Source: a virus
Lineage: Duplodnaviria > Caudoviricetes
Length of the DNA stretch: 64,000 nt
Direction: 5' to 3' (one strand)
Virus record (IMG/VR): IMGVR_UViG_3300025645_000069
Coordinates: 1,424 to 65,423 of that record
Shown here: positions 20,967-31,194 of the stretch, piece by piece
Position numbering within the stretch: the stretch's first letter is position 1
Layout of the letters: every line of letters starts with the position of its first letter
Position numbers and translations under genes: made by a program
The notes under the pieces: generated by a model
The model's database searches: none
Told to the model about the DNA's origin: nothing
What the model saw: the letters and a program-made list of their open reading frames with translations, nothing else

Positions 20967-21836
20967 CTATTTTGCTATAGACATTTTTCCTTTTAAATCT
21001 AAATATACTTCCTGATTATCAGGATTTTGTAAATACTCAATAGCTTGCTCAAGTGTGTATCCTACAACATCTCCACCAGGAAGTTGATACTTAGTACCAT
21101 TCTTCACAAGAACTCTTGATGATATACAATCATCAATAAATGCTCTCATTTTAAATGTAGGATCTTCTACAGTATTAATAAACGTTTGAGGATCTTCTGT
21201 TACAATCTTATCAAGTTGAGACTCAATAAAATCTACAGAAGCTGTATCTCCAGCACGTTTACCCATTACTTTAAGAACATCTGCCATTTCTGTTGTTGAC
21301 ATATTACTAAACACTTTGTAAGCTCTTCGCTTAAGTTTAGATTTTTTATTTTCCATTTTAGCTTCTTGCTCAACTGAAGTCATCACGTATTCTGCAAAAG
21401 GAGTGTCAAAACGCTCCATTTCAGAATTAGCAACTCTTTGGTGAGCTTTTAAAACTAAATATTTTACTTCGTCTTCTGGGCTATTAGTATCTAATGAGAT
21501 ACCTTCTGAAGGAACATCTATTTTAAACATAGTCCAATAATCTCTATTGTACTTTGATAATGTTCCAGGAGACATATGCATCTTTCTTTCAAGACGTTTT
21601 TCGTCTGCTTCTGTTAACCCAGTATTAAGAATTCCAGTTCCCTTTGTTGCTTGAACGGTTAATCTTTCAAAACATTTAGAATAACGGAGGCTCCCGTCGT
21701 GATCGTCGGGAAGCCATCCGTGCTTCTTTATAGGTTTTAAAGTAACCTTAGTAGTATCAATAACACTTTCTCTCTCCACTTGAACAGCTTCTACTACTGC
21801 CGAAACAGTTTCTTTTTTAGCTATCTTTTTTGCCAT
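20967..21836 (-). CDS. Conserved crAss-like structural-block protein following the major capsid gene
   Basis: 289 aa. Position and size match the conserved gene directly downstream of the major capsid gene in crAss-like phages. Confidence 0.6.
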   Translation of the reverse strand: MAKKIAKKETVSAVVEAVQVERESVIDTTKVTLKPIKKHGWLPDDHDGSLRYSKCFERLTVQATKGTGILNTGLTEADEKRLERKMHMSPGTLSKYNRDYWTMFKIDVPSEGISLDTNSPEDEVKYLVLKAHQRVANSEMERFDTPFAEYVMTSVEQEAKMENKKSKLKRRAYKVFSNMSTTEMADVLKVMGKRAGDTASVDFIESQLDKIVTEDPQTFINTVEDPTFKMRAFIDDCISSRVLVKNGTKYQLPGGDVVGYTLEQAIEYLQNPDNQEVYLDLKGKMSIAK

Positions 21837-21876
21837 CTTCTTATGTGCTTATATTAATTTAATTATTACTAATTTA

Positions 21877-23328
21877 TCAAACAGTTGATGAGTAAATCAA
21901 TTCTGCACAAGACATTGGGTTTTGAATTAAAACACCTTGTTGCGCTTGAGCAAATAATTGATAACCATCTACAGGAGATGAAGAACCTGATGAGAACGAT
22001 GTGTTTGGTCCTAACGGTGAAGTTGAACCAGCAACGTGCCACATTAATTCTTTACGTCCTTTAGGGTATACTCGACGGATGTTGTTTTCTCCACCTGAAG
22101 TACCCATGTTTAGAATAGTGTAACGGTAAGACTCAGTGTATCCACCTTTTGGGTGCGGCACACGGTTACGAATCTCATCATCATATAATGGTAAGTGAAC
22201 TAGAGTAAACTTGATACCTTGTGGTCCCATGTATTCTCTGTACTGACCTTGGAATCCTAGATTTTGTCCATCACCAGAAATTCTTTTAGAATCTAATGGT
22301 TGGAATCTAGCAGCGTGGTTTTCAAGAGCTCTATGGAATTGTACCATACCTCTTTCACCTGTAAACGCTACAAAGTTACGTTGATCTTCTGGAAGTAAGT
22401 TAATTGAAAGGTTCAATAACACATCTTCTAAATAGTCAATTGTAAAGTCTGTATAGTGGAATTTGTAAGATGGAGAGATTTGCTCACGTAAACCTGCACC
22501 TTCAACGATAGCAGATCCAGAGTCACCCATCATAGCATAAGCTCCATTAACTTGTTTGTTAGATTTAGAGAACCAAAGCATACGCTCTTTTTCTTTCATC
22601 CACTGACACATAAATTCGTATTCAGCATACTGAGTCCAAATCTTAGTAGATTTGTTAGACTTAGGGTCTAGCATCTCAATAACTAAAGGACGTTGGTGCA
22701 TGTTTCCAGGCACAGTGTAAGTCTTAGATAAGAAAGACATTGCATTACGCATTTTAAACGGAGAACTATAATGAGTTTCACCGTAAGTTCTGTTTAAAGT
22801 TCTTTCTTGTGGAGAGTACTCCTTACTTGCTCTAGATCCTGCTGCAATTAAGCTTGGAGGAATAAAGTCTGCAGGATTAGAAGTCATCAAAGTACAAGGG
22901 TAAACAAAGGAAGCTCCTTCCATAAAAGGCTCTTGCATCACACGAACAGCAGTTTCACCGTCATCTAAAACTAGTTTATCAGACATAGCGAAATATTTTT
23001 CTGCCATTTTAATATTTACGATAGCACCGAATTGCCCAGGCTTAGCTGCTAAACCTGCATCTGAACTACCTTGTATAACCACGGCTTTCTCATCGTCACC
23101 TTTTAGGTACCATTCAAAGTCGTTATCTGTGTCAAGCTCTTGCTCTCCACCTCCAACAGATAGGAAGTAATCCATACCTGCATATTGATTCATACCAAAT
23201 ACTCTACTAATGATATTTGATACCAGTGTAGGTTCGGCTGCGAATACGCTTCCTAGGTGGTTCTCAGTTGTTAAGCCAGACCAGCTTTTAGGAGCGTACA
23301 ATTGTAATGAACTAATTGTGTTTGCCAT
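21877..23328 (-). CDS. Major capsid protein (crAss-like, HK97 fold)
   Basis: 483 aa. WSGLTTENHL N-terminus, GAGLREQI and TGERGM..FH motifs, strong codon bias, located after portal and scaffold. Confidence 0.88.
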   Translation of the reverse strand: MANTISSLQLYAPKSWSGLTTENHLGSVFAAEPTLVSNIISRVFGMNQYAGMDYFLSVGGGEQELDTDNDFEWYLKGDDEKAVVIQGSSDAGLAAKPGQFGAIVNIKMAEKYFAMSDKLVLDDGETAVRVMQEPFMEGASFVYPCTLMTSNPADFIPPSLIAAGSRASKEYSPQERTLNRTYGETHYSSPFKMRNAMSFLSKTYTVPGNMHQRPLVIEMLDPKSNKSTKIWTQYAEYEFMCQWMKEKERMLWFSKSNKQVNGAYAMMGDSGSAIVEGAGLREQISPSYKFHYTDFTIDYLEDVLLNLSINLLPEDQRNFVAFTGERGMVQFHRALENHAARFQPLDSKRISGDGQNLGFQGQYREYMGPQGIKFTLVHLPLYDDEIRNRVPHPKGGYTESYRYTILNMGTSGGENNIRRVYPKGRKELMWHVAGSTSPLGPNTSFSSGSSSPVDGYQLFAQAQQGVLIQNPMSCAELIYSSTV

Positions 23329-23373
23329 TTTTAATTAATTTAATTATTACTTGTTGTTTATATAAATAGCTCC

Positions 23374-24525
23374 TTATCGCAGAGATTTTCTCATAGTGTC
23401 AAAATTAACAGCTTTAGAGGTACCTCTACTTGGTCTGGAACCAGTTTTTTTCGTACTCTTTATTGCGTTAGCCAACTTACGAGTTGATTTAGTAGTTGAC
23501 TGACGTTCAAATGCTGAAAAATCCCACTTTAGGACTGTAGCTAAATATGCTATTTTTAAATCAAACTCAGGATCTTTTTCTCTCATTCTCATGATTTCAT
23601 TTTTTCCGTTTTTGTCTAACTTAGTTATACCTTTATATAGATTAGTTTTGTCTTTTGGAGACAATGCAAATCCAGGTAAAATTTCTTCTTTCTTTCCAAT
23701 ATGATCATTTAAGTCTTCAAGCCATTGTTCATGTGCTTGGATTCTTTGTTTTTGATCTTCTTTTTGTTTTTGAATCAAGTGAGTTTTTTCAGCTTTTTGT
23801 ATCTCTTTTAAAGATGCTAAAGCTTCCTCAGCTTCTTCTTTCAAAACCCCAGAATCTTCGTATCTATTTAGCTTTCTAGTAATTCTCTCTTCAGACCAAC
23901 CACTTTTAACTAATAGATCTCTTACTAACATTTTCTGCATAGAAACATTACTTTCTAAACTTTCTTCTGCTATAGATTCGTAAGACTGCTCGCTTGCGCT
24001 AGCATTAATTAAATCATATATGTTTACACCTGCTTCATAATTATCTAAAAGATATTTAATCTCTTCAGGCATATTATCTTTATATTCAGTTACTTTTTCG
24101 TCAATAGTATTTTGAACTTTATCTAGTAACCATTCTTCGTTATCCTCAAACTCTTCATCGTTAAAGTCTATTAACCCTTTATCTCTTTGCATTTCTGCAA
24201 AAATTCTAAGTGGGTTATCTCCTTCTTCTTCTGTAGACTCTTCAGTTTCGCTAGCTTCAATTGTTTCAGAAACTTCTTCCTCTTTATCTGCTGAAGTATT
24301 TTCTGTTTCAATTGCATTTTTATCTTCTAGCTCTTCTACGTTTGTTTCTGGAATTTCATCAACTTCTAGTATTTTTAATTCAGGATTAAAAATACTAGGC
24401 TCTTCTGCCACTTCTAGTTCTGCTCCCTCAGCTTTTGGCTGATCTTCTTTCTTCTCTGGACTAGTAGTTAGATTATCTAACACACTTAAGTCCAATCCAT
24501 CTAAAATGTTGTCTTCTATTGCCAT
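23374..24525 (-). CDS. Putative capsid scaffolding protein
   Basis: 383 aa. Very acidic N-terminus, coiled-coil and basic C-terminus, located between portal and major capsid genes. Confidence 0.7.
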   Translation of the reverse strand: MAIEDNILDGLDLSVLDNLTTSPEKKEDQPKAEGAELEVAEEPSIFNPELKILEVDEIPETNVEELEDKNAIETENTSADKEEEVSETIEASETEESTEEEGDNPLRIFAEMQRDKGLIDFNDEEFEDNEEWLLDKVQNTIDEKVTEYKDNMPEEIKYLLDNYEAGVNIYDLINASASEQSYESIAEESLESNVSMQKMLVRDLLVKSGWSEERITRKLNRYEDSGVLKEEAEEALASLKEIQKAEKTHLIQKQKEDQKQRIQAHEQWLEDLNDHIGKKEEILPGFALSPKDKTNLYKGITKLDKNGKNEIMRMREKDPEFDLKIAYLATVLKWDFSAFERQSTTKSTRKLANAIKSTKKTGSRPSRGTSKAVNFDTMRKSLR

Positions 24526-24546
24526 AGAGTTTTATTTATTAAGTGA

Positions 24547-24627
24547 CAAAAATAATTATTTTAAGTTAGTATACAACACTTTGTCACTACAGTGTTGGTT
24601 AAATTATTTTGTTTTTATAGCTAAAAC
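24547..24627 (-). promoter_or_regulatory. Late promoter upstream of scaffold/capsid genes: GTTTTAGCTATA box plus Bacteroidota -7 element TATTTTTG
   Basis: TAnnTTTG at 24547-24554 (minus) and the 12-mer at 24616-24627. The same arrangement recurs at 27960-28039. Confidence 0.6.
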
Positions 24628-24640
24628 ATAATTTATAAGA

Positions 24641-27100
24641 TTATACTTTTTTGTTTTGTTTCGCTATTTTTGCTTTTTCTATCCTTTCTTTGGATGCTAA
24701 CTGCTCTCTTTCTAGTTGCATTTTCTCTTGTTGTAGCTGAGCGTCTTGAGCTACCTTAGCTCTTTCGATGTCTAATTTAGCTAGATCTACACTATCTCTA
24801 ACACCGTTATCATTCATATCTTGATCAACAGATTTTCCTAAAAGATTCATTTGTGCAATACGCACTTTAGTTTGGTTATCCTCAGTATTTCTTTGATCTT
24901 CTCTATTTTCTTTTTCTTGATCCAGCTGTAGTTTAGCTTGCTCAAGTTGCATTTTTTGAGCTTCTACTTCTTGTTGTTGCTGCATTTGCATTTCTTGCAT
25001 TTGCATTTGTTGCTGCTGTTGTTGCTCAACTCTTTGCTGGGCTTCTTTTTCAGAACGTTTAAGATTTGTTCGTAAATCTGATATAGAGCTTGCGTTATAT
25101 ATTTGTACCACATCTGATAATGTCATTTGTTCGTTCTGAAGCGCGGCATGCGTTAATTGTTTAAGTGCTTCGATTGCCATATTATCTTTAGCAGAATTAG
25201 ATATAAATAATCCATACTCTGATTGTGAGAATTGATCTCCATTTAATTTAAAGAATACGTTTGCTAAATCATCTGTCATGTACTGAATTCTTTTAGAATT
25301 TCCTTTGTACACATCTCTAGACACATTTAATAAAGTTTCTAAAACTCTAGTTTTAGTTTGATTATGAACTTCAAACCATTTTTCTGTAATATGCGAAGAT
25401 TGCACTACAGCTCGCTGTGCATTACCTACTTGTTCAGAATTAGATATTGCTCCCATTCTTTGAGGAGTTACACCAGATAATGTATATATTTTTTGTTCTA
25501 CAAAATCTAATAACTGTACGTGTTGTTGTATATAATTACCAGTTTCCATATCTAACACTTTATTTTGTGTAGATATATTACCAGCAAGTTTACCAGTAGA
25601 TTGTCCTTTCTTACCTTCGTTAAAAGAATCTACAAAACCAAACTTCATTGATTGTGCATAGTACATCCACTTTTCTACTTCCCATCCATCGGGAATTAGT
25701 GATAAGTCTATTAAAGATATTTTACCTTGGTTAGATGCTATAGAAAGTTCTAATCTATACCACATAGTAATGTACATGTACACCCAAGGAACTAGTCTAT
25801 CCATAAGAGATACAGACTGAGCGTTGTTTGCGTTGTATATTGTTCCAACATACCCAGAACTACATAAAGATAAATTATCCATATGTCTAAATTGTTGAGG
25901 TCTAACTCTAATGTTTATAAAAGTGTCTTCACCAATTTTAGTTCCTTCCCAGTATTCGTTAACCCACATGTACTCTATAGATTCTCCAATACTGTCATTT
26001 ATTTTATAAGTTTCTCCTACGATAGTTTCTTGTGGAATACCTTGCTCATCAATGTAAGTTAATCTTCCTATCTTACGCATAGATTTCCAAACTACTTTAG
26101 TAACTCTAATGTTACCGTCTTGATCGTAGTAATTAAATATATTTGAGTCTCCTTCAGTTCCTTCTCTATTTTGTATAAAAAGTTTTTCTTGATTAGGAAA
26201 ATTTAAAAGACTTTTACTATCTACAGAACCTTTATGCCCTTGTTCTTTTTCTAGTTTATCTATTTGTGCTGCAGTAAGATCTTCGTAGTAATTATCAATA
26301 ACTGTATTTATAGACATAAATGTGTCTTCTACGATAACATCAGCATTATCTACATAGTCTTCATTATGCGGTAATAGAACATAAAACTCTAAAGGATTTA
26401 CTCTTCTTACAGTAGGTTCATTAGAAACTTCTTCTACACAGTAGATTTCTTCTCCCACTAGCAATGCATCTTCCCAACCTTTAGCAAACTTTACTTTTAA
26501 TTTTTGTTCTCTTTCAAGATAGTTTAAAAGTTTGTTTGCAGTAGATTCATTCATATCTTGAAAATCGTAATCAAAATACTTTTGAACTCTTTTTAATTCT
26601 TCAGGAATGTTTGCTTGAGCTTGCTGCATAAACTGTTGAGCTTCTTCTTGTGACGAAGGTTGCCCCATAGATTGCATCATTTGCTCTGTAGACTGCTGTA
26701 TAAGCTGTTGAAATATACCTACAACTTGTTTCTTTTTTTCTTCTTCTTTAGAAGATATAGATTCTTCGTTTATAGATCTAACTACATAAGAAAAAGCTCT
26801 TTTGGCTTCTTCTCCAAAAAGTAAATTAAATATAGGAGATACTACGTCATAGTACTGCAGCGTAGCAGGAAGCTCTAAAGAACCTCCTAACCCTAAAGGG
26901 TCTGTAACGTATTCTAGATCTTTCTTGTCGAATTTACCATTATAAAGATCGTAGTTCCGCTTCTTTTTAAAGCGAGAACTACGTCTTGTATTATCATAAA
27001 TACCTACTAAGCCTAATCCAGCTTCTATACATTCTTCTCCCCACTTCTGAGTCTTTTTTCTACGACTCAGTTTTTGTCTAGGAAAATCTAATTTAGGCAT
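24641..27100 (-). CDS. Portal protein (crAss-like)
   Basis: 819 aa. P.QKL..RKKT.KW N-terminus, NYDLYNG, W.NEYWEG.KIG, SLMDRL and SGVT.QR.G.I motifs, and a Gln-rich coiled-coil C-terminus. Confidence 0.88.
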   Translation of the reverse strand: MPKLDFPRQKLSRRKKTQKWGEECIEAGLGLVGIYDNTRRSSRFKKKRNYDLYNGKFDKKDLEYVTDPLGLGGSLELPATLQYYDVVSPIFNLLFGEEAKRAFSYVVRSINEESISSKEEEKKKQVVGIFQQLIQQSTEQMMQSMGQPSSQEEAQQFMQQAQANIPEELKRVQKYFDYDFQDMNESTANKLLNYLEREQKLKVKFAKGWEDALLVGEEIYCVEEVSNEPTVRRVNPLEFYVLLPHNEDYVDNADVIVEDTFMSINTVIDNYYEDLTAAQIDKLEKEQGHKGSVDSKSLLNFPNQEKLFIQNREGTEGDSNIFNYYDQDGNIRVTKVVWKSMRKIGRLTYIDEQGIPQETIVGETYKINDSIGESIEYMWVNEYWEGTKIGEDTFINIRVRPQQFRHMDNLSLCSSGYVGTIYNANNAQSVSLMDRLVPWVYMYITMWYRLELSIASNQGKISLIDLSLIPDGWEVEKWMYYAQSMKFGFVDSFNEGKKGQSTGKLAGNISTQNKVLDMETGNYIQQHVQLLDFVEQKIYTLSGVTPQRMGAISNSEQVGNAQRAVVQSSHITEKWFEVHNQTKTRVLETLLNVSRDVYKGNSKRIQYMTDDLANVFFKLNGDQFSQSEYGLFISNSAKDNMAIEALKQLTHAALQNEQMTLSDVVQIYNASSISDLRTNLKRSEKEAQQRVEQQQQQQMQMQEMQMQQQQEVEAQKMQLEQAKLQLDQEKENREDQRNTEDNQTKVRIAQMNLLGKSVDQDMNDNGVRDSVDLAKLDIERAKVAQDAQLQQEKMQLEREQLASKERIEKAKIAKQNKKV

Positions 27101-27109
27101 AAATTATGT

Positions 27110-27484
27110 TTAGGCTACTTCTAGAATAAGATATTCTACTAAAGGAGTATTGGCAGATGATTTTACATGTACAGTTGTATTGTCTGCAGACGGGAAGAAG
27201 CAGAATTCACCTGCGTCTAGCGTTGCAAAAATAGCGTTACCGTCATCTTCAATAATAATTTTATCTGTAGCGTCTAAGTTTTTAATGTAAACGTATGCTT
27301 TTTTGTTTGTACCTGATAAAGCTTCTACTGCAATACCCATTCGAGTTACTGAAGTTTTTACTACTGTAAGACCTTGACGGTTATCACCATCAATTGTTAA
27401 AGCTTTAGTCACGGTTTTTGATATATTAACACTATCAAATAAATCATTACTTGATATGCTAAAGGTTGCGTTTAAAGTTGCCAT
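27110..27484 (-). CDS. Small beta-rich virion protein (paralog family, copy 1)
   Basis: 124 aa with KAYVYIKNL, L.AGEF.FFP and VEYLILE motifs shared with 27503-27925. Confidence 0.65.
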   Translation of the reverse strand: MATLNATFSISSNDLFDSVNISKTVTKALTIDGDNRQGLTVVKTSVTRMGIAVEALSGTNKKAYVYIKNLDATDKIIIEDDGNAIFATLDAGEFCFFPSADNTTVHVKSSANTPLVEYLILEVA

Positions 27485-27502
27485 ATTTTTATTTGTTTAA
27501 GA

Positions 27503-27925
27503 TTAACCTGCTGCTTTTTCCATTAAGATGTATTCAACTGTAGGGTTACCTGCAGCTGGCTCTAAATCTATAGACTCGCAATTTGCTAAAGGAATAAATA
27601 AAAATTCTCCAGGCCCTAAAACTGCAAACCAGTCGTTTGATGTAGAGTCTGCAGTTACATCAGCTCCACCTGCACGTCTAGATACTTCTACGTACTCACC
27701 TGATGTATTACTTAAATTTTTCATGTATAAATAAGCTTTGTCTCCATCGCCTTCTATTTCTTTTACATGTATGCTGTCTTCTGTCCCATTTCCTGTTAGG
27801 TATAATTTACCTATAACTTGGGAATCTCCCGCAGGAGATAGTGAGTCTGTTTCTGTAAAACTAACTGTTTGCTTTGCAAACAAGTCAGTACTAGAAAGAC
27901 TCAGGGTTACATTTACTGTTGCCAT
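27503..27925 (-). CDS. Small beta-rich virion protein (paralog family, copy 2)
   Basis: 140 aa with KAYLYMKNL, LGPGEFLFIP and VEYILME motifs. Confidence 0.65.
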   Translation of the reverse strand: MATVNVTLSLSSTDLFAKQTVSFTETDSLSPAGDSQVIGKLYLTGNGTEDSIHVKEIEGDGDKAYLYMKNLSNTSGEYVEVSRRAGGADVTADSTSNDWFAVLGPGEFLFIPLANCESIDLEPAAGNPTVEYILMEKAAG

Positions 27926-27959
27926 ATTAATATTTTTTTAAAATTCGCGAATTAAAAAA

Positions 27960-28039
27960 CAAAAGTAATAATTTAATGTTATCAAACAAATAATAATCTA
28001 TAAAATTAGATTTTTAGTTTTTGATTTTATAGCTAAAAC
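27960..28039 (-). promoter_or_regulatory. Late promoter upstream of small virion genes/portal: GTTTTAGCTATA box plus -7 element TACTTTTG
   Basis: TAnnTTTG at 27960-27967 (minus) and the 12-mer at 28028-28039, which overlaps the terminase stop. Confidence 0.6.
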
Positions 28040-30150
28040 CTTGTTTTTCTTTTTGAAAATAAAGATTTACTCCAAAAACTTTGGTCGTATATAGTAGTAA
28101 CTTTAGTTTCTTTAGCTACTTTTATTTTTTTCACTTCTTGTAAATGATACACAACCATCATAAATGCCATAACCCTATCAAAGTTTCCTGTATCATTATA
28201 AGCTATTAGTTCTTTTAATAAAGGTATACTTCGTATTTTATGTAAATTTAATAATCCTTCTGTACCGTAATCTTCTAACAACCACATTTTAATTAGTTCT
28301 TCTCCATAGTCTTTTAAAGGTTTAGACATATGCATACCTTTACCTCTATTTACTCTACTATTCTGAACAACATCTTTTATAATTTCTGGTTGATCAAGTA
28401 AAAGATGCGTTTGGTTTTTATACTCTAAATACTGATACATACCTTTACGTTCGTTTTCGTACAAGCATTTAGCGTTATAAAACAAAAGCAATCTTCTAAC
28501 TTTCTCGTAATATTGATTAGCAGTGTCTGGTCTACCAGTGTATTCTGCCACAATACGATTTGTAAGTTTGTTTATAATAATAGTAGATCCTAAAGAAGAT
28601 GTAGTAGAATCATCATGATCGTAAGGATCTGTACCTGCAAGATACATACCATAAGGTATTTTTCCTTCACTATCTTCATAAGGCATTTCGTATATCACTA
28701 CACATCCAGCTAAATCATCACTACCTCTAAGTGGAAAATCTACAATAGGAGATAATTTAGCATTTGGTTTCCATGCTATTTTGTTACTCTCTGATTCTAC
28801 ATAAAGATCTCCTACGTAATCATGATTTCTTTCTTTATTAGTGGCTTCTAATTCTGCTAGCCTAGATAACAAATCTGCTACAGGAAACAAGTTACCTGTG
28901 CGCGTAAGGAATACTTCTGAAGGCACAAGAGGTCTGTTTTGTAGTTCTGCATCTAAAGCACTTCTAGAGTTTTTACTTTTCTTTAGTTTTTCTCTAAACT
29001 CGTCTAAATATTCTTTTGCAGGCTGTTCTTGTGTGTTTCCATTATTATCTTTAAATTGATTTAACCCTCTGTAAGCAGGTACAAAATAAGATATTTTACC
29101 TTTATCTTCCCACTCATCATTAAAAGAAATCATATCGTAAACATCTGGATTGTAAAACATATCTCTTGCATCTACAGTACCTCCACCTTCCATATCACCA
29201 CCTGTACCCAAGTACATACAGCTTCCAAACTTGTATGCACCGTTTTTCATACATTCTACAGATGCTTCGTGCGAGGCTTTAAGATTGCTAAACATACCAA
29301 TCTCCTCCATCACCATTACAGCAGGACGAGTACCATTGGCAGCAAATGCATTGTCTTTAAAGGTACGATGCTTAATCTTAGATTTACTACCCATAACTTT
29401 CCAGGTACCACCAAGTTTCTTTTTATATTCTGCAATAACTTCTTTCCCAGAGTACCAACTACCGCTGTACTGCTTAGAGAAAGGAGAGGGAAAAAATTTG
29501 TCTCCAAGTTCAATACCGCCAGGTAAATTATCCAATCCAAATTGTGTCTTTTTTAATATATCTCCTGAGTATTTAGCATCCCCTGCTCCTGCTACAATTT
29601 CTGTAGAAGGAGGGTTACCAATATCTTCAGGTTTATATGATTTTGCTCCATCAAATACAAACTCGTGCCCAATAACTCCTCCTGCAACAGAATAAGATTT
29701 ACCAAACCCACGACTCCCCATCATCATAAAATTTTTAGCTTCATTCTCCCAAAGAGGTGCTCCCATATTCTTTTTATGTGTTCTGCGCATGTATTCTGCT
29801 GCAGGCACATAATTTGGCTTATCTATAAAATCTCTGTTACATGTAAACTCTTTATCATCTTCAAACCCAGAAAAACCCCTAGCCTCACACCAGTTGTAAA
29901 AAAACTCCCACTCAAGATCTCTAAGAAATGGTTTACCAGGAGTTTTAGTTTTAGAATGTGCAGTTTTGTTTAATAAAATTGTCCAGAAGTTTACATAAAA
30001 ATATAAATTACCTGGCATCCATACACCGCTAACCCAATACCCTTCAATACACCTTTTCTTTTCTTCTCGCCAAAATAATAAGTATTCTTCGCTTGCAGGA
30101 TGAAATTGAGGTATCTCTTTAAGTAAAAAAGCAGCTTTGTTAACAATCAT
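28033..30150 (-). CDS. terL: Terminase large subunit
   Basis: 705 aa. Walker A-like GSRGFGKS, Walker B VMVMEEIG, GTGG coupling motif, and nuclease motifs AGTDPY, YENER and NFDRVMA. Confidence 0.92.
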   Translation of the reverse strand: MIVNKAAFLLKEIPQFHPASEEYLLFWREEKKRCIEGYWVSGVWMPGNLYFYVNFWTILLNKTAHSKTKTPGKPFLRDLEWEFFYNWCEARGFSGFEDDKEFTCNRDFIDKPNYVPAAEYMRRTHKKNMGAPLWENEAKNFMMMGSRGFGKSYSVAGGVIGHEFVFDGAKSYKPEDIGNPPSTEIVAGAGDAKYSGDILKKTQFGLDNLPGGIELGDKFFPSPFSKQYSGSWYSGKEVIAEYKKKLGGTWKVMGSKSKIKHRTFKDNAFAANGTRPAVMVMEEIGMFSNLKASHEASVECMKNGAYKFGSCMYLGTGGDMEGGGTVDARDMFYNPDVYDMISFNDEWEDKGKISYFVPAYRGLNQFKDNNGNTQEQPAKEYLDEFREKLKKSKNSRSALDAELQNRPLVPSEVFLTRTGNLFPVADLLSRLAELEATNKERNHDYVGDLYVESESNKIAWKPNAKLSPIVDFPLRGSDDLAGCVVIYEMPYEDSEGKIPYGMYLAGTDPYDHDDSTTSSLGSTIIINKLTNRIVAEYTGRPDTANQYYEKVRRLLLFYNAKCLYENERKGMYQYLEYKNQTHLLLDQPEIIKDVVQNSRVNRGKGMHMSKPLKDYGEELIKMWLLEDYGTEGLLNLHKIRSIPLLKELIAYNDTGNFDRVMAFMMVVYHLQEVKKIKVAKETKVTTIYDQSFWSKSLFSKRKTRF

Positions 30151-30668
30151 ATTAATCCTTTTTCAGAAGCCGACTCTTCACCTCCACCTTTAGTAGAGCC
30201 TTCGTTAGTTTCTTTATCAACTAGTTTTAAAAGACGTTCATAGTCTTCAAAAAGTTTAACATTAGTTTTAAGAAGCCCTTCTATTGTATCTGCATTTTCT
30301 TCGTATGTAAGCAGATCTAAATATCTTGTTTTTTCGTCCATCTTTTTATTCCAAACTAAAAGTTGCCTTTTAGCAGGAGTTATAAGAGATGACTCGTAAA
30401 ACTGCATTGCTTCTTTGTATTTATCCCAATCAAACTTTACATCTTTAAGAAAATCCTTACTAATTATATCTTTTCTTGTAGGAAAAGATATGTTAGCAAA
30501 TTTAGAATCAGGATCTACCAAAAGCGCAATAGCCCACATTATCTGTGAGCTTTTGCTTTTTGTTTTGCTTTTATCTTCTCTATAGATAGAAGCAAACTCT
30601 TGGGGGATTTGTAATTGTGGGTGTAATTTCCAAAAGTTTTTGTCAATGTCAAATCCTTCTAGTATCAT
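30147..30668 (-). CDS. Conserved crAss-like protein upstream of terL (possible small terminase)
   Basis: 173 aa with DKSK.KS.SS motif and a ...GG.EES C-terminus. Overlaps the terL start by 4 nt. Confidence 0.5.
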   Translation of the reverse strand: MILEGFDIDKNFWKLHPQLQIPQEFASIYREDKSKTKSKSSQIMWAIALLVDPDSKFANISFPTRKDIISKDFLKDVKFDWDKYKEAMQFYESSLITPAKRQLLVWNKKMDEKTRYLDLLTYEENADTIEGLLKTNVKLFEDYERLLKLVDKETNEGSTKGGGEESASEKGLI

Positions 30669-30964
30669 TTTACAATACCTAATACATCAAACATATTCAT
30701 TTGGAAATACTCTATCTCGTCTATCATAACCATAAAGCCTTGGCCTTTAGGTATTACAGTGTCTCCAATTTTTACATTTTTAACCTCTTGGCTAACTGCT
30801 ACAACTTTAGCATGCCCGTCTCTTTTACTTTCCTCTTCTTTTAACATTTGTTGAGATTTAATAATCCCACTTTTTGTCTCTTTCTCTACTGAAGGCATTT
30901 CCACTACAATGTGGTTTCCTAAAGGTTCGTATTTAATCATGTTTACCATTTGTTTAGTGGACAA
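30665..30964 (-). CDS. groES: GroES-like co-chaperonin (Cpn10)
   Basis: PLGNHIVVE, mobile loop KETKSGII, KVVAV and VKIGDTV motifs; 99 aa. Confidence 0.85.
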   Translation of the reverse strand: MSTKQMVNMIKYEPLGNHIVVEMPSVEKETKSGIIKSQQMLKEEESKRDGHAKVVAVSQEVKNVKIGDTVIPKGQGFMVMIDEIEYFQMNMFDVLGIVK

Positions 30965-31194
30965 TGTGATTTCATTGACCTTGTTTTAGCAACTAACGGA
31001 CACCCGCATTTTGCACACTTACTTTTAACGTTAAATTCGCATTCCCCGCATATAGCAACTCTTGCTTTTGCAATTTGCTCTACATGTTCGTTAGGAAATA
31101 CTACATTCTTCCATCCATCAAATATTTCGCTAACTTTTGCAGCTGCAGAAGTAACTAAATCTTTGTTTGTTTTAGGATTTTTCTTTTTTTCCAT
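30943..31194 (-). CDS. Small Cys-rich (Zn/Fe-binding) protein
   Basis: R..IC..C...C.KCGC...AKTR...HCP..KW pattern. Confidence 0.7.
   Translation of the reverse strand: MEKKKNPKTNKDLVTSAAAKVSEIFDGWKNVVFPNEHVEQIAKARVAICGECEFNVKSKCAKCGCPLVAKTRSMKSHCPLNKW

Noticed and set aside
24930-25045. CAA/CAG-rich repeat in the portal gene
   Set aside because: Encodes the Gln-rich coiled-coil barrel usual for these portals; not a separate repeat element.
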